In this document: piece by piece, positions 1 to 13,181 of the stretch
Layout of the letters: every line of letters starts with the position of its first letter
Position numbering within the stretch: position 1 is the stretch's first letter
Source of the DNA: the human T2T-CHM13v2.0 reference genome, Homo sapiens
NCBI RefSeq assembly: GCF_009914755.1
Contig: NC_060925.1
Length of the DNA: 64,000 nt
Strand: one strand, 5' to 3'
Made by a program: the position numbers and the translations under genes
The notes under the pieces: generated by a model
Seen by the model: the letters and a program-made list of their open reading frames with translations, nothing else
Told to the model about the DNA's origin: nothing
Databases searched by the model: none

Positions 1-300
1 GACTCATTAATATCCAGCTAACGAGTATTCAGGAGTCCCTCATTGTCTCATAAATTCTTTTTACATTTGGTTTTACAGATTAGAAATCAAACAAGATCCA
101 TACATAGTATTTAGCTTATATGTCTCTTAAGTTGCTCTTAATTTATAGGTTCTCTTTCTCCCTTCCTTTGTTTTTGCCTCCAATAGACCCTAAATAAAAT
201 TCTTTTCAAAAGTTTCTTTTGCCATATATTCTATTGACATTTGTGCTGTTTTTGCTTCTGTATTTATGTATTCAGGTTTCTCCTTTATACACGTAGAAGT

Positions 301-589
301 TTTCTTTTTCTTTTTTTTAAGACGGAGTCTTACTGTGTTGCCCAAGCTGGAATGCAGTGGCGCGATCTTGGCTTACTGCAACCTCTGCCCCCTGAGTTCA
401 AGCAATCCTCCTGCCTCAGCCTCCCAAGTAGCTGGGAGTACAGCCACGCCTGGCTAATTTTTGTATTTTTAGTAGATGGGAGTTTCTCTATGTTGACCAG
501 GCTGGTCTTGAACTTCTGACCTCAGGTGATCCACCCACCTCAGCCTCCGGAAGTGCTGGGATTATAGGCACGAGCCACTGCACCCGGCT
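301..589 (-). mobile_element. Alu (AluS-like)
   Basis: polyT followed by the dimeric Alu reverse complement. Confidence 0.93.
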
Positions 590-1320
590 GGTTTTCCATG
601 TTAAAATGTCTTTAGAAGGTAGTCATTTAAAAGAGTTTACAAATACATTTTAGAGAAACTAGCAGTGCTTAAAGAGGAGTCTACGACAAGTAAGTGGATT
701 TTCACAACCAGCTTTACTTTATCATGGTTTACTGAAGTTACCTTTGGTGTTTCAGTCATGTAACCTTAGGTATTCTCTATGCTACCTTTATTTTTTAAGG
801 AAATTTATGCCATATAGTTTAAATATAATTCATAATCAGAAACATTTGCTAAGATTGAATATGAGCAGTAAAATTGACCTTCCTCATAAGCAATATTTTT
901 ACATGTGATAGGTCAGCAGAGAGCTAAAAGTAGACTGTTTTTCCCATGAGTTTGTGTATTTGCAGCTAGGTAATTTTTAAATCATGATATCAAGTTTAAG
1001 GGAAAAGATCTCATATTGCAGTGTTTTAAGAGAACATAATGTTCTTCCATCTCAGAAGAGGGAGTAGTTTTTCAGGTAGTCACATTTTATTAAGTACTAA
1101 AAATAACATTTTAATGCTAATTAAATTTACTTAAAATTTAAATAAAATTTCATTTTGATGAGTATTAAAATTGCCGTGCTATATCCACACCTCTTTAAAA
1201 GGAACCTGACTGCTATTCTGTGCAAAAGGAATTTTTATTTTTATTTTTATTTTTTGCATTATGGCAATATTTGGTTTATGTTGGGTGCATATAAAGTAAA
1301 TTTGTTGAAAAAAAGGAGTG

Positions 1321-1761
1321 TGTGTTAGTTTGCTAGTCTGGTGTAATAAAACACCACAAACTAGGTGGCTTAAACCACAGAAATTTATTGTCTCACAGTT
1401 CTGGAGATTAGAAGTCAGAGATCAAAGTGTCATCAGGGTTGATTTCTTCTGAGAGCTCTGAGGAAGAATCTGTTCCATGATCTTTCTGTAGCTTCAGTTG
1501 GTTTTCTAGTAATCTTGGACAGTCTTTGGCTTGTAGGAGCATCACCTGATCTCTGCCTTATCTTCGCATTGTGATCTATGTATCTTCTTCCAAATTTCTC
1601 TTTTTTATAAGGACACTGGATGAGGGCTCACCTTAATGACCTAATATTAACTAATTATATCTGCAATGAGTCCATTTCTAATAAAGTCACGTTCTCAGGT
1701 ACTAGAGGTTAGGACTTCAACATATGAATTTGGGCGCAGGAACACAATTCAACCCATGACA
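1321..1761. mobile_element. MaLR solo LTR (MLT1-type)
   Basis: tg...ca ends; caccacaaactaggtggcttaaa, tctcacagttctggag, acaattcaacccatgaca motifs. Confidence 0.85.
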
Positions 1762-2829
1762 GTGTTTTACTAAATAATAGTGAAATAGATAGTAAAATAT
1801 AGATCAATAAATCAGTAAATGTTTGTTTATATTTATTTACAATGAATGCCCTGCCTTCTAAAACTGATTACAGTAATTTAAAATAAAAGCTATATATACT
1901 AATAAAACACATTAAGAAATAAAAACATTTAGAAACCATACCTAGGGAGGAAAAAATTAATCTATTAAATATATAGTCTAATTTAGCTCCCAAAATTGAC
2001 TTTTAAATTTAGTTATAAAATTCCATAAAGTGAACACAACTCTATCATTTTATCAGAGTAGAAAGACAGTTTTCTGAAATCAAATTTTAACAGTATTTTG
2101 CCATATTAATCTTTTCTTGGGGGATCGAAAACAAAATCATAGACAATGTCTTTATTAATGGTTTTATCACAGTATAGAGAAATTCTTCACATGAGTCTTT
2201 CATACTTCAAAATAAAGTTAAATCATTATTTTCCATGTTACATAGATGTTATGGTTCAAGTGTGTAATTTTCGGTAATCTAACTATACAAGGACAAATCT
2301 TAAAATATTAAATCTAAGAGAATTGCATGAATAATATGCCCCTTACCTTGTCCTCATGTATCAGTTTTATTATTCTGCTTTATCATTTATTCACCAATTC
2401 TCATTCTGCTTTGAGTTAGATGTCAGATGAGATGGTTAAAGTACTATCTGCACTTAAACTTTCTAATATATCTATATTTCAGTGGAATAAATAAGGTTCA
2501 TGATAAAAGTTTAAGACATTTTCTAAAATCTTTTGTAATGATTTGGCAGAGGTTTATAAATTATTGTGCTTTTTCTTGTTGGTAAATGATGTGCTTTGAC
2601 TTAGTTTCTAATTATATAATTATTCCAAATTATGAGAAAAATTTAAAACCATGCTTTTTCTGTATGTGTGAAGAATGTTTTTGACTTTTAGTTTGTAGCA
2701 CTTCCAACTGATGAAAACTCTAGCATCTAGCCAAATATTAAGAGGTATGGGTTGTGCTTGGGAACACCAGGTATTATAAGCATTAATAATAGTTAATAAT
2801 TAATAATGTGATTTATTAATAATTAGCAA

Positions 2830-3050
2830 TAGGAATATTAATGTGGTTTTAATGTGACAAGCATTGTGGTAAATGTTTCATATATATTAACTCAATTATT
2901 ATAACAATTATGACACTTTTATACTATACTCTATTGAAGTGATGGCTAAATTGAGGCACAAAGAAGTTAAGTAACTTACTGGTCACGGAACTAGTAAATT
3001 TGGAGCTGGGATTTGAACCCAGGTACTCTGACTTCAGAAGCTTGTTTTTA
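2830..3050. mobile_element. MIR SINE
   Basis: core-like tgaggcacaaagaagttaagtaactt ... ctgggatttgaacccagg. Confidence 0.75.
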
Positions 3051-3079
3051 AAGACTGAACTGATGATTGCTTTCAGAAC

Positions 3080-5520
3080 ATTTTTATTGACTTCTCTTCA
3101 AGTTCACGGATTTCTTTCCTCAGCTGTGTCCAGTCTGTGATAAGCCAATTGGAAGAATTCTTTATCGCTGATAACTTGTTTTTTGTTTCTAGTATTTCCA
3201 TTTGATTGTTTTTTATATTTCCCACTTCTCTACCAAATTCCCCACTGGTTCATATTTTTTTGTCCACTTTTTCCATAGATCCTTTAACATATTAATTAGA
3301 GTTTATGATAGCTCCAGTATCTGGGTCAATATCTTGGTCTGGTTCTGTTAACTGCTTTCTCCACAGTGACTTCTTTTTTTTTTTGGCTCTTTGTGTATTT
3401 TGAAATTTTTTTTATCAAATATTGGACATTATGAGTAAAAAACAGTAGATACTGAGGTAATAGTATTTATGATCGGAAATAGGTATGCCTTGTCTGTCAG
3501 ACCACTAGTTGGTTGGACTTTGTGCTTTTAGTAATCTCTGTATGGTGCCTGTGCCACAGAAGCTCTTTTCTTCATGCGCTTACTCCTGCCCAAGCTATAG
3601 ACTGCTGTTGCTTGTTACTCAGTACCCAGTTTATGGTGAAGGCAGAGGGGTATTTGTTAACTTTAACCCAAAGCCTCTGTCTTTGGTAGATTCTGTAAGC
3701 CTCAACCTCAGGGGTATGATTTTGTCAACATTTTTACTCCTTCTCCTGTAATAGCCAAACTCTACTGTGTGTATGTTTATGGTCCTGGATGGAGACAACT
3801 TTCCTTCTCCATTCTCAGTGGTAGCAGAACGTCTGCTTTGTGTTGGTAGAGGATTTCCTTCCCTTCTTTTGGTGGCTTTTCTTAGTGGGTGCTTTAGTAT
3901 GTATAATATTAATCTTTAAATTATCACAAATAATATGTCATTTCATGTATCTGATAAGAACCTTACAATAATACACTTTGATTTTCTTATTCCATTCTGT
4001 GTGCTATTATTGTCATACCTTAGGTTGTTGACAGTATTTTTTTTCTCTTTCAATACTTTAAAGGTGTTGCTCCATTGCATTCTGGCTTGAATAGTTTCTG
4101 AAGAAAAACATGCTATAAATTTTATCTTTATTTTTTTAATTTAATTTTTCTCTTTCTTCCCCTCTGGTTTTCAAAGATTTTTTTATTTCTCTTTGATGTT
4201 TAGTGGTTTGTGACGTGTGGAGGGTTTTTTCCTCGCTTGGGTTCATTAAGCTTCTTGGATCTGTGATTTATTTTCTTTTATGAATTTCAGAAAACTCTGA
4301 AACATTTTCTCTTTAAATACTTTTCCTATCCCTTTCTTTTTTTCTTTTCTGTTCCTGAGACTCTAAATACATGTATTTTAGTATGTTTGATACGTCCAGA
4401 CAGGTTTGGGATGCTCTGCTTTTTTTGTTTGTCTGTTTGTTTCCACTCTCTTTTCTCTTTGTGTTGCACTTTGTTTAACTTCTTTTGACCTAACTGATTC
4501 TTTCTCTCTGTGTCCAGTCTGCTCAGAAGCCCATGACTGTTATTCCTCCATATTGTAATTTTTAAAAAATTATCATTTCCATTATATTCTTTTATAGTTT
4601 TTATCTGCAGAAATTATTCATTTGTTAATGAATTTTCTCTGACTTTATACCACATCCTTTGACATATTAATTGTATTTGTTGTTAAAGTCCTATCTAATA
4701 GTTCCAACATTGGGGCCATTTCTGGTTCTGTTGACTGTTGTAGCTCTTAACAATGAGTCTCTCTTTTTTTCTTTCTTGATTTTGTCATTGAGTGCTGGAC
4801 ATTCTGTTTAAAAGAATAATAGAGACTGTATATGTCCAGAAATGGGCACACCTATTTTTCTGTTTGGCCGTTAGTATGGGACTTTCGAAACTATTTGCTC
4901 AGTAGTCAAACTGGGGTTGAGCTGGGTTTTGTGTTTTGTTATTGCTGATTTCCACAAATCACAGTCTTTGAATTTTTCAGTGGTTCCTACTACTTTGTGA
5001 TTAGTATTGGATTTGGAGTACTGCAGGATTTTTTCAGGGTTCTTGCTCCACTCTCAGCTTTTAGCAAGTTCTGCACATATCTCTTTGTGCTCTCACTGGT
5101 AGTTTGCTGTTCCTTATACTTTATTCAAGACTTGGTGGGGAGGGTGGGACTAGGTTCTCTTGTTGTATCCCTAGTCAGGCAAGCCTGTGCACCTCAGTGT
5201 CAGGGTGAGTATTAATGATCTTGCCGCTCTCCCTCTCTCCCAGCCTGTCCCCACTGTCCTCAGCCTGGTATCAAAAGGGTGGAGCAGGATACTCAACAAA
5301 AGCAGACCTTTGCTTTGTAAGATCCTGGGTGCAAGCAGGTATCAGCCTCGTCCCAGTAGTAGATGGCTTTTTTTTTCCTACCTCTCTTTCAGTGGCAGCT
5401 GACCTTTGCAAGTGACCAAGGAGTGGTCACATTCCTACCCCTCACCCAGCAGCAGATGGTTTTTGTTTCTACCTCTCTCGCAGCAGCTGGGCTTTTCCTT
5501 GTGCAGGAGGTACGAGGGTT
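3080..5520 (-). mobile_element. Highly diverged old L1M fragments
   Basis: T-rich degenerate L1 antisense-like sequence (ttgctccattgcattctggctt; ttcctcagctgtgtccagtctg occurs in two related blocks). Boundaries approximate. Confidence 0.55.
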
Positions 5521-5691
5521 TACTTTTTAGATATTTAAAACTTATCCTCAAAGCTATCTATATAGCATATTTAAATTGTTGTTTTAGATGGTTAATTCCT
5601 GATGAACAAAGGCTGAATCTTAGACTTTCAGAGAAAGATGCCTACTGTTTGGTTTTTATTATAATTTGTCAATGTGTTTGTTCTTTTCCAG

Positions 5692-5805
5692 CTTAGGCTT
5701 GATTTCCGACTCTTTTCACATGTTTTTCGATAGCACTGCCATTTTGGCTGGACTGGCAGCTTCTGTTATTTCAAAATGGAGAGATAATGATGCTTTCTCC
5801 TATGG
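5692..5805 (+). CDS. SLC30A7: ZnT7 coding exon (exon 3), 114 nt, phase 2-2; TM2 with the HxxxD zinc site
   Basis: ttttccag|C acceptor, GG|gtaag donor; translates (C)LGLISDSFHMFFDSTAILAGLAASVISKWRDNDAFSY(G), recognised as ZnT7. Confidence 0.97.
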
Positions 5806-6454
5806 GTAAGACTTTAAGAAAAAAAATCTTTTTATTGAAGTATAAGATATACACAAAAAAACACTAATCTTAAGCTCAGTGACTTGTTACAAATTGAACA
5901 CAGGTGTAACTTTTGAATCTTTGAAGCCCCCACTCAGGCCTCTTCGAGTTCCTACCTCCCCAAGGGTAACCACTTTCATGACTTCATGGATGAGTTTTTG
6001 AATAGTATATAATTGGAATCTACAGTAATTTGTTGAGATTGTTACCATATAGAGGAATTTCTCAACTTTTTTTTGAAGAAGAAAGTTTTAGTATATGAAA
6101 ATAGGATTTTTTTTTGCTTTTGCTTTTTTCTTTTTGAATGGATACTTTGCTGTTGATTTATTTAAAATCATTTTCTAATATGGTTTTATATTATGTTCTT
6201 TAGCTCTGCTTTTATGTAACAGTTCTTATATGCTTGCCGAGTTGGACAATTAATCAAATATTTGTAGAGCATCTGTATGCTGAAGGGACTACATTGGATC
6301 ATCTTAGAGGCATAATTTGATTTCTGCCACCTCTGATTGGAGGAAGCAGTGGATTTTTCATTATTTGATTACACTGCCTGAGTGTTTCCTTTTTTGAGTT
6401 CATAGAATATTTTGCAGTATAGCTATATATATGTGTAAGCAGAGCTCAGGATGC

Positions 6455-7130
6455 ATACTCTGTTTCTTTCTCTTCCCCACCCCTTTGTCTTTCCTATTCC
6501 CTCTCTCTTCTGCTTTCTTACTAATTCTTCCCCTCTGTCCTTTTCCTCCTCTTCTCTTCATTTCCCCTGTGAGTGCTCTTTTACATTCTCTTCCTTCTTC
6601 ATCTGTCTCTCATATTTTCTGTCTCTCACTCTTGTTCCCTTCCTCAGCCTCTTACTCTCTCTTATCTTCTCCTGAACTCCCTTTTCCTTCTCTTGTCTTT
6701 GCTTCTTGTCGCTTGGGCTTGTGCTCATGCTCTTTTTTCCTCTCTCTTCCTTCTTCTGTCCCCCTATACCTTTCCTGTCTTATTCTTTGTTTTCTCCTGC
6801 TCTTTTCCTTTACCTTTTAACCCTTTATCTGTCAGGCTCAATCTCTCCTCCTCCTCTTCTCTTAACTTCTTTAGCTCTATTTCTTTTTTGTCTCCCTTTC
6901 CAAGTCTCTCTTTCCTTCCTTCACTGATTCTCCTTCCCTGAGCTCTCCCTTTCCGGTGCAGTTTCTCTCACTCTCTCCCTGTCCTTTTTACAGCCATCTT
7001 CTTTCATGTACTGTCTCTTAGGCCTCTTGTTATGTCTTTTACTCTCTGTCCTTAACTGCTCCCCCTTTCTCCCTGGCTTGGCTTCTTTCTTTAGCAGGCA
7101 CACACTCTTTCTTTCACATGCTCTTGTTCT
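6455..7130 (+). repeat. ~670-bp CT-rich low-complexity (polypyrimidine) tract
   Basis: + strand overwhelmingly C/T, no clean period. Confidence 0.9.
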
Positions 7131-7881
7131 GTTTAGATATTTATTGAGGGTCCATATGAGTCAAATACTTTTCTAGTTCTAATGATGTAAAAATGATCTA
7201 ATGATGTAAAAACATGCCTCCTGCCTTGCCGGAACTTGTCTCTTGGGCAAACAGTTCTGTAAAAATACAATAATAGCTATATATTGTGACAGTTGCCAAA
7301 AAGGAGATGTGGAGTTCTGTGGCAGAACTTGCTGATTTTAGTTATAAGCAAGGGATATGGTTATTTTTGAAATTATAAAAAGTGAGCCAAAAAATACTCA
7401 TTGTACATTTTATAGTATAGAGCAGTAGATCCTATATATCTATAAATTCAAACAGCTTGACAGCTCAGATAAGAACGCTTTTTATGGCATGATATTGGTG
7501 ATATGCAAATAATTTAAACAGTAGCTACTAAAAGATTCTTAAGTATATTTTAGATTATTAAAGAAAGATTATATCCAAAGTTATAATTTTTGTTGGAAAA
7601 TTAGTAATTTATTTATATTATATATCAGAAATCTAATTAGAATAGCTTATTCTACAATCTTTCTGAATAAACAGTAGCTGACTATTGAAAATTCTCAGTT
7701 CTTTAACGCTTAGATTTTCTATTGTTTCCAATTTAGAATGTATTGTCTCCTGCTCTAAAATGGTTTTTAGAAATAGCTTTGAATACCTTCAGTACCATAG
7801 CAGATTTTAATGTTCAGCTTTAGCTAGTTGATGTAAGAGAATAATATTCTTTCCACCTTTAATTTAATCCTCTCCTCTCTT

Positions 7882-7883
<2 letters not shown>

Positions 7884-7912
<29 letters not shown>
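7884..7912. repeat. (TG)n microsatellite
   Basis: perfect TG run of ~14 units. Confidence 0.95.
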
Positions 7913-7917
<5 letters not shown>

Positions 7918-9902
7918 TTTGGGAAAGATTAAAGAATAAAAGCTGGTACAATATTTAACACTATGAATAATTGGTATAGTAATAAGTAGCTTCATTTGTA
8001 AACTACTGGTGTCAGTGAATCAAAATGACACTGATTAATTCATGTTAAGCATAGGGTTGAATTCTCATAACCTCCCACCCCAATTCAGGATGACTGCTGT
8101 AGCTGACTGACTCTGCAATAGAAGAAAGAGTTGGGGAATATGAGAGCAAGCAAGGACTTTTAAGTATTTCTTTATATAAAAGTCATCTTTGTGTCTTGCC
8201 ACACTCTTATTTTTTAAAGAGCAAAGACAGCTTAAAAGTAATATACATCCAGTAGGTAGATAGATACATACATACATGCGTATATACATATGTACCTATA
8301 CTTAAATCTTTTCTATTTTTCTTCCTGGCTCAAGAATCTAAACACTAGCCATACTTAATTAGGCAACAGCACATTCATGAATTACATGTTCTAATTCTAA
8401 GACCTACTCAATCTGTTAAGTAAACACAGATATTTGTAAAGGCAAATGTGTTTAGTTTTCATGTGTTTTTGTTTTGAGCCCACAACCAAGTTTAACAAAT
8501 ATATCTTAAACTCAAGCTAATTAAATCACTCCAACATTTTATCTGAACTTAGATAGCACACCTACTAAGCTAGGAATTAGAAACAAAAAGATGCCTGAAA
8601 AACATTCTTGCCTTTGATCTTGAAATCTGGTAGAAGTCAAGCACAAAAGGTTTTCAGTCAAGCATTAGTTATGGGACTACAAGGGTAGATTAAAAGAAAA
8701 TACTTTTTACTTTTGGATAGTAACCCTGCTGATTTATTAGATAAATTCCTAAGTGTAGGCTGTGGAATGCTGGTTGCAAATTATTTGAATTTAATGAACT
8801 TTTCTCCAGGAAAAAAAAATATGTTTTGACAAGTAATACGTTATTTGGATGTGTTAGAAGATAGAAATATGCATTATTTCTGGCATAGAAATACATACTA
8901 TGTTGGAATGCACTTGACAGGACAAACTCCAACATAACTTGATAGAGTACATTTTCAAGAATTCTCTTTAAAAATATTTTTACAGTAAAAATCGTTATTA
9001 CCTAGAAGTTAACATAGAAACCTAGGAAAAGCACGAGTTTTGATGCTCTCATTATATTGTTTAAGGACCAGAGTGGTTAATTGCTGTTAGCACCCTTTGA
9101 ATGATGTTTGAACATGTAAAAATGCTAAGTTAAAGTTGTTTCTGATGACTTTAACTAAGCCAAATATACGATACAGAAAAATAAAATCTTTCCCCAATGC
9201 TTCACACAGGTAGGAAGCAGAAAGCTTCAGAACTCAATGGAACAAAAGACAGGTATTTTAAAAATAGTTTAATTAGAATTATGTGAAGCTAAAATTGATT
9301 CTAAAAATAGGTAATTGAAAGTTTATGCTAGATTTATTAATCTTAGAAAAAGTGTTAGAAATATAAATCTCAAGTTGTCTCTGGCATAAGTCAGAAATAA
9401 TTTTATTTTCCTTCAGATCGAAGCTCTGCTTTCCAAAGGTTTGAAAGCTAAAAAGTACAAAGCAGAAAGCATAAGGAGTTCTTAGAAAAAGAGAAATTAA
9501 TAAGTTTAAAAAACCCCCTTTTCCAGACCCTTTCTTCTACTTTTTAGCCGTTAATCCTTCTTTCTTTGTCCACTTGTCTGGTTCTGTTTTTCCTTCTCCA
9601 CTAGCAACTTGAGATTTAAATTTCTGTGAAAGGTCTTTCTAAAACTACTTACTCTAAGAAGATCTTTGGATTGGCTTGTAAAAATCTGTTTTGTGGCATT
9701 CTGCTTTTGAACAATTCGTACTAATTCGTTTCCTCATTTCTACTATATATAAAATAAAATGCACTGTACTATAAACACTAGGGCTTCGCTGGCCACTTAT
9801 AACCATGTAATATGGTTTGGAATCTCTGAATGTATGTAATTTTACGATTTAATTTTTAAGAAATAACATAATAATTCAGTTATTTACTTTGTTCCTCTTT
9901 AG

Positions 9903-9990
9903 GTATGTTAGAGCGGAAGTTCTGGCTGGCTTTGTCAATGGCCTATTTTTGATCTTCACTGCTTTTTTTATTTTCTCAGAAGGAGTTGAG
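9903..9990 (+). CDS. SLC30A7: ZnT7 coding exon (exon 4), 88 nt; TM3
   Basis: ctctttag|G acceptor, GAG|gtatag donor; (G)YVRAEVLAGFVNGLFLIFTAFFIFSEGVE, in phase with the previous exon (CDF-type FSYGY-R-E-L segment). Confidence 0.97.
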
Positions 9991-10380
9991 GTATAGTAGA
10001 TAATTATTAAAGTCAGTAAATTACATTTCTGTAATGAAAATGTTTATTAATTAAAGATATATGTAAGTTTTTTTCAACTATTATTAAATATTGTGGACAA
10101 TCTTAGATTAGATATGTGCGTACAAGAGGAGCTTACAAAATAGTTGAAAAATTAAATATATATGAATCTTCTTGGAATTGAAAACAATTAAATGATAGTG
10201 CTTTACAAGTTATAGATGAAGTGTTAATACTATGAAATGTAGAGGCACAATCTGGATAGTGAGGTCAGTAGGGAAATATTTCTAAAGAAATTAGAACCAG
10301 TCAATCTTTAACATTTGGCGTATTTTTTAAAAAGGAAGAAGACTTAAAGATTAGTGAACTTAAAATGAAATGCAGTATTT

Positions 10381-10678
10381 TTTTTAATTTTTTATTTATT
10401 TAGTTTTTGAGACAGAGTCTCACTCTGTTGCCCAAGCTGGAGTGCAGTGGCGCGATCTCGGCTTACTGCAACTTGCGCCTCCTGGTGTAAGCGATTCTCC
10501 TTCCTCAGCCTCCTGAGTAGCTTGGATTACAGGAGCCCACCACCATGCCCAGCTAATTTTTTTTTATTTTTAGTAGAAACGGGGTTTCACCATGTTGGTC
10601 AGGCTGGTCTTGAATTCCTGACCTCAAGTGATCCGCCTGCCTCAGCCTCCCAAAGTGCTGAGATTACAAGTGTGAGCC
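10381..10678 (-). mobile_element. Alu (AluS), missing ~10 nt at its 5' end
   Basis: Alu reverse complement; flanking repeat atgaaatgcagtattt / atgaaaggcagtattt. Confidence 0.93.
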
Positions 10679-10946
10679 ATGAAAGGCAGTATTTCAAGAT
10701 ACCACATAAGAACAAGTTTTGGACCAAATATTTATGCTTTTAAATATTTGTATTTATTTTAAAATAGTAATTGTTACTTTTTCTACAGTATGTGAGCTCT
10801 GGTTTTATTTCTATCAACTGTTTTGGGAGATTTTTTTTAGTGTTTTTAATTCCAAAAATAAAGTGTTTAATGTTGTCTTATGATTTTGTTAGTTGATCAA
10901 TCAGAAATAATATCTATGCTATTTGTTTGTATTATGTGTTTTCTAG

Positions 10947-11073
10947 AGAGCATTAGCCCCTCCAGATGTCCACCATGAGAGACTGCTTCTTGTTTCCATT
11001 CTTGGGTTTGTGGTAAACCTAATAGGAATATTTGTTTTCAAACATGGAGGTCATGGACATTCTCATGGCTCTG
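10947..11073 (+). CDS. SLC30A7: ZnT7 coding exon (exon 5), 127 nt; TM4 and start of the His loop
   Basis: ttttctag|AGA acceptor, G|gtatga donor; RALAPPDVHHERLLLVSILGFVVNLIGIFVFKHGGHGHSHGS. Confidence 0.97.
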
Positions 11074-11375
11074 GTATGATGGTTAGGACACTTTGTTTCT
11101 TCATTTTCTACTAGGTTTCTGTCATAATTATTTACTTGAGAGAATTAAGTTAAACTATACTGATTTCTGATGTCAACAGACTATGTGAATATCTTCCTGA
11201 ACTATCCCTTTCACTTCTTTATGCCCCTCCATCTCAGTGCCTTCTCAGAGCTGTGCTTGTATCATGGATCCCACCAGACCTCAGTAGCTTATCTGTTTAG
11301 TGTGATATCATTTATATAAAATAGACAAATATCAGAAAACCACAAAACAAATCTACTTATCAGAAAGTTTTGTGT

Positions 11376-11735
<360 letters not shown>

Positions 11736-12497
11736 TTATGAAATGTACTATGTAAATATGTCTTGGAGATCCTCATAGTCATGATTTTTTCATATAGTGC
11801 AGTGCTGGATTTAATTTACTGGTATTTAGAATTTTTGTAAAAGTGATATTTTTGACTTGGATAGCATCCACTCTTTTTCTGTCCTTTAGAATAGCCTGTA
11901 TAAGATGTTGCTCGGTGGTTTAGTCGTTTTTAGGTATGCTGTGGAGAAAGGATTCTGCATTCTTTTGCATTTAGCTTTTTCTACCTGCTTTAATGTAATT
12001 TTACTGATTCTGTTACCAAATGCAGCAGCTTTCTTGTGTCTGCCTTAATGTGAGCATTTGCATATGTCTTGTTAATCTTTGTTAGTGTGTGTAATAGTAC
12101 TTTGAAAAATTTTGGGCATGAATTTTGTCTTTGTTGTTTACTGCCTCATCTCCCGTGCCTAGAATGATTCCTATAATAGAAAATGTTACCAATAAATATT
12201 TCTCAAATGAATGAATATCATTATCTGACCTCTTTGGAGATATCTGTATACTTCCAGTCAGTACTTATTTTCATTTCCAGTAAGGTCTATCACTTTCCTC
12301 TATGCTTTCATTACCTTCTGGTACTCCATAGCAGAAACTCAGGATTGTTTTAACAAATGTGTAACACTTTTTACAAGTAAATGTTTATTGAATTGATCTG
12401 AGTTTAGAGCTGATTCTTTGCGCTAGTGTCAGTATAATTGTAACCATTTATATAATATATTTTTACATACCTTCTGTCCTAACACTTTGTTTTCTAG

Positions 12498-12641
12498 GCC
12501 ACGGACACAGTCATTCCCTCTTTAATGGTGCTCTAGATCAGGCACATGGCCATGTCGATCATTGCCATAGCCATGAAGTGAAACATGGTGCTGCACATAG
12601 CCATGATCATGCTCATGGACATGGACACTTTCATTCTCATG
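12498..12641 (+). CDS. SLC30A7: ZnT7 coding exon (exon 6), 144 nt, phase 1-1; His-rich loop
   Basis: ttttctag|GC acceptor, G|gtgagt donor; (G)HGHSHSLFNGALDQAHGHVDHCHSHEVKHGAAHSHDHAHGHGHFHSH (17 His). Confidence 0.97.
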
Positions 12642-12874
12642 GTGAGTACAGCCTAGAGACAAATGGACAGCCTCCAAATAAACAAGAGTTTTGTGGATTA
12701 CTTTTCCTAGTTGAAATAGTTTATTAAAAAGATACCAAATCAACTTCTTTTCTAATGAATCAGTCTAAATGGTTCCCAGGGCTAGTTTATTTTTTGTATA
12801 GCATGAAATTAACTCAGTATAAGGCAGTGGATGTTCGCTTTTTTCCAGAGGGTATATCATAATAAAATGCCACT

Positions 12875-13181
12875 TTTTTATGTATTTATTTTTAATTTTT
12901 AATTTTTGTGGGTACATAGTAGGTGTATATATTTATGGGTTACATGAGACATTTTGGTATAGGCATGTAATACATAGTAATCACGTAAGGGTAAATGGGG
13001 TTTCCATTCCCTCAAGCATTTATCCTGTGTTATAAACAATCCAATTATACTCTTGGTTATTTTAAAATGTACAATGAAATTACAAATTGACAATAGTCAC
13101 TCTGTTGTGCTAGCAAATACTAGGTCTTATTCATTCAACTATTTTTTTGTACTCATTAACCGTCCCCCTTTCCCTCCCCTC
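12875..13181 (-). mobile_element. L1MA-type 3' end fragment
   Basis: aatttttgtgggtacatagtaggtgtatat motif; TSD aaatgccact at 12865-12874 and 13182-13191. Confidence 0.88.

Noticed and set aside
241-519. Alu-derived ORFs (also 10447, 11289, 20991, 30945, 38290, 42889, 56912, 59773)
   Set aside because: Standard Alu translations with no independent exon support.
6431-7103. Several L/S/F/P-rich ORFs and a K/E/R-rich minus-strand ORF
   Set aside because: Low-complexity pyrimidine tract depleted of stop codons; no recognisable parent protein.
7178-7212. Small tandem duplications (tctaatgatgtaaaaa x2; also caaatcattattttctt x2 near 18980-19014)
   Set aside because: Ordinary slippage duplications with no further structure.
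12522-12743. Antisense 73-aa ORF that is also His-rich (..HVHEHDHGYVQHH..)
   Set aside because: By-product of CAT-G codon pairs in exon 6: CATG is palindromic, so CAT recurs on the other strand. Non-ATG start and no other gene evidence.
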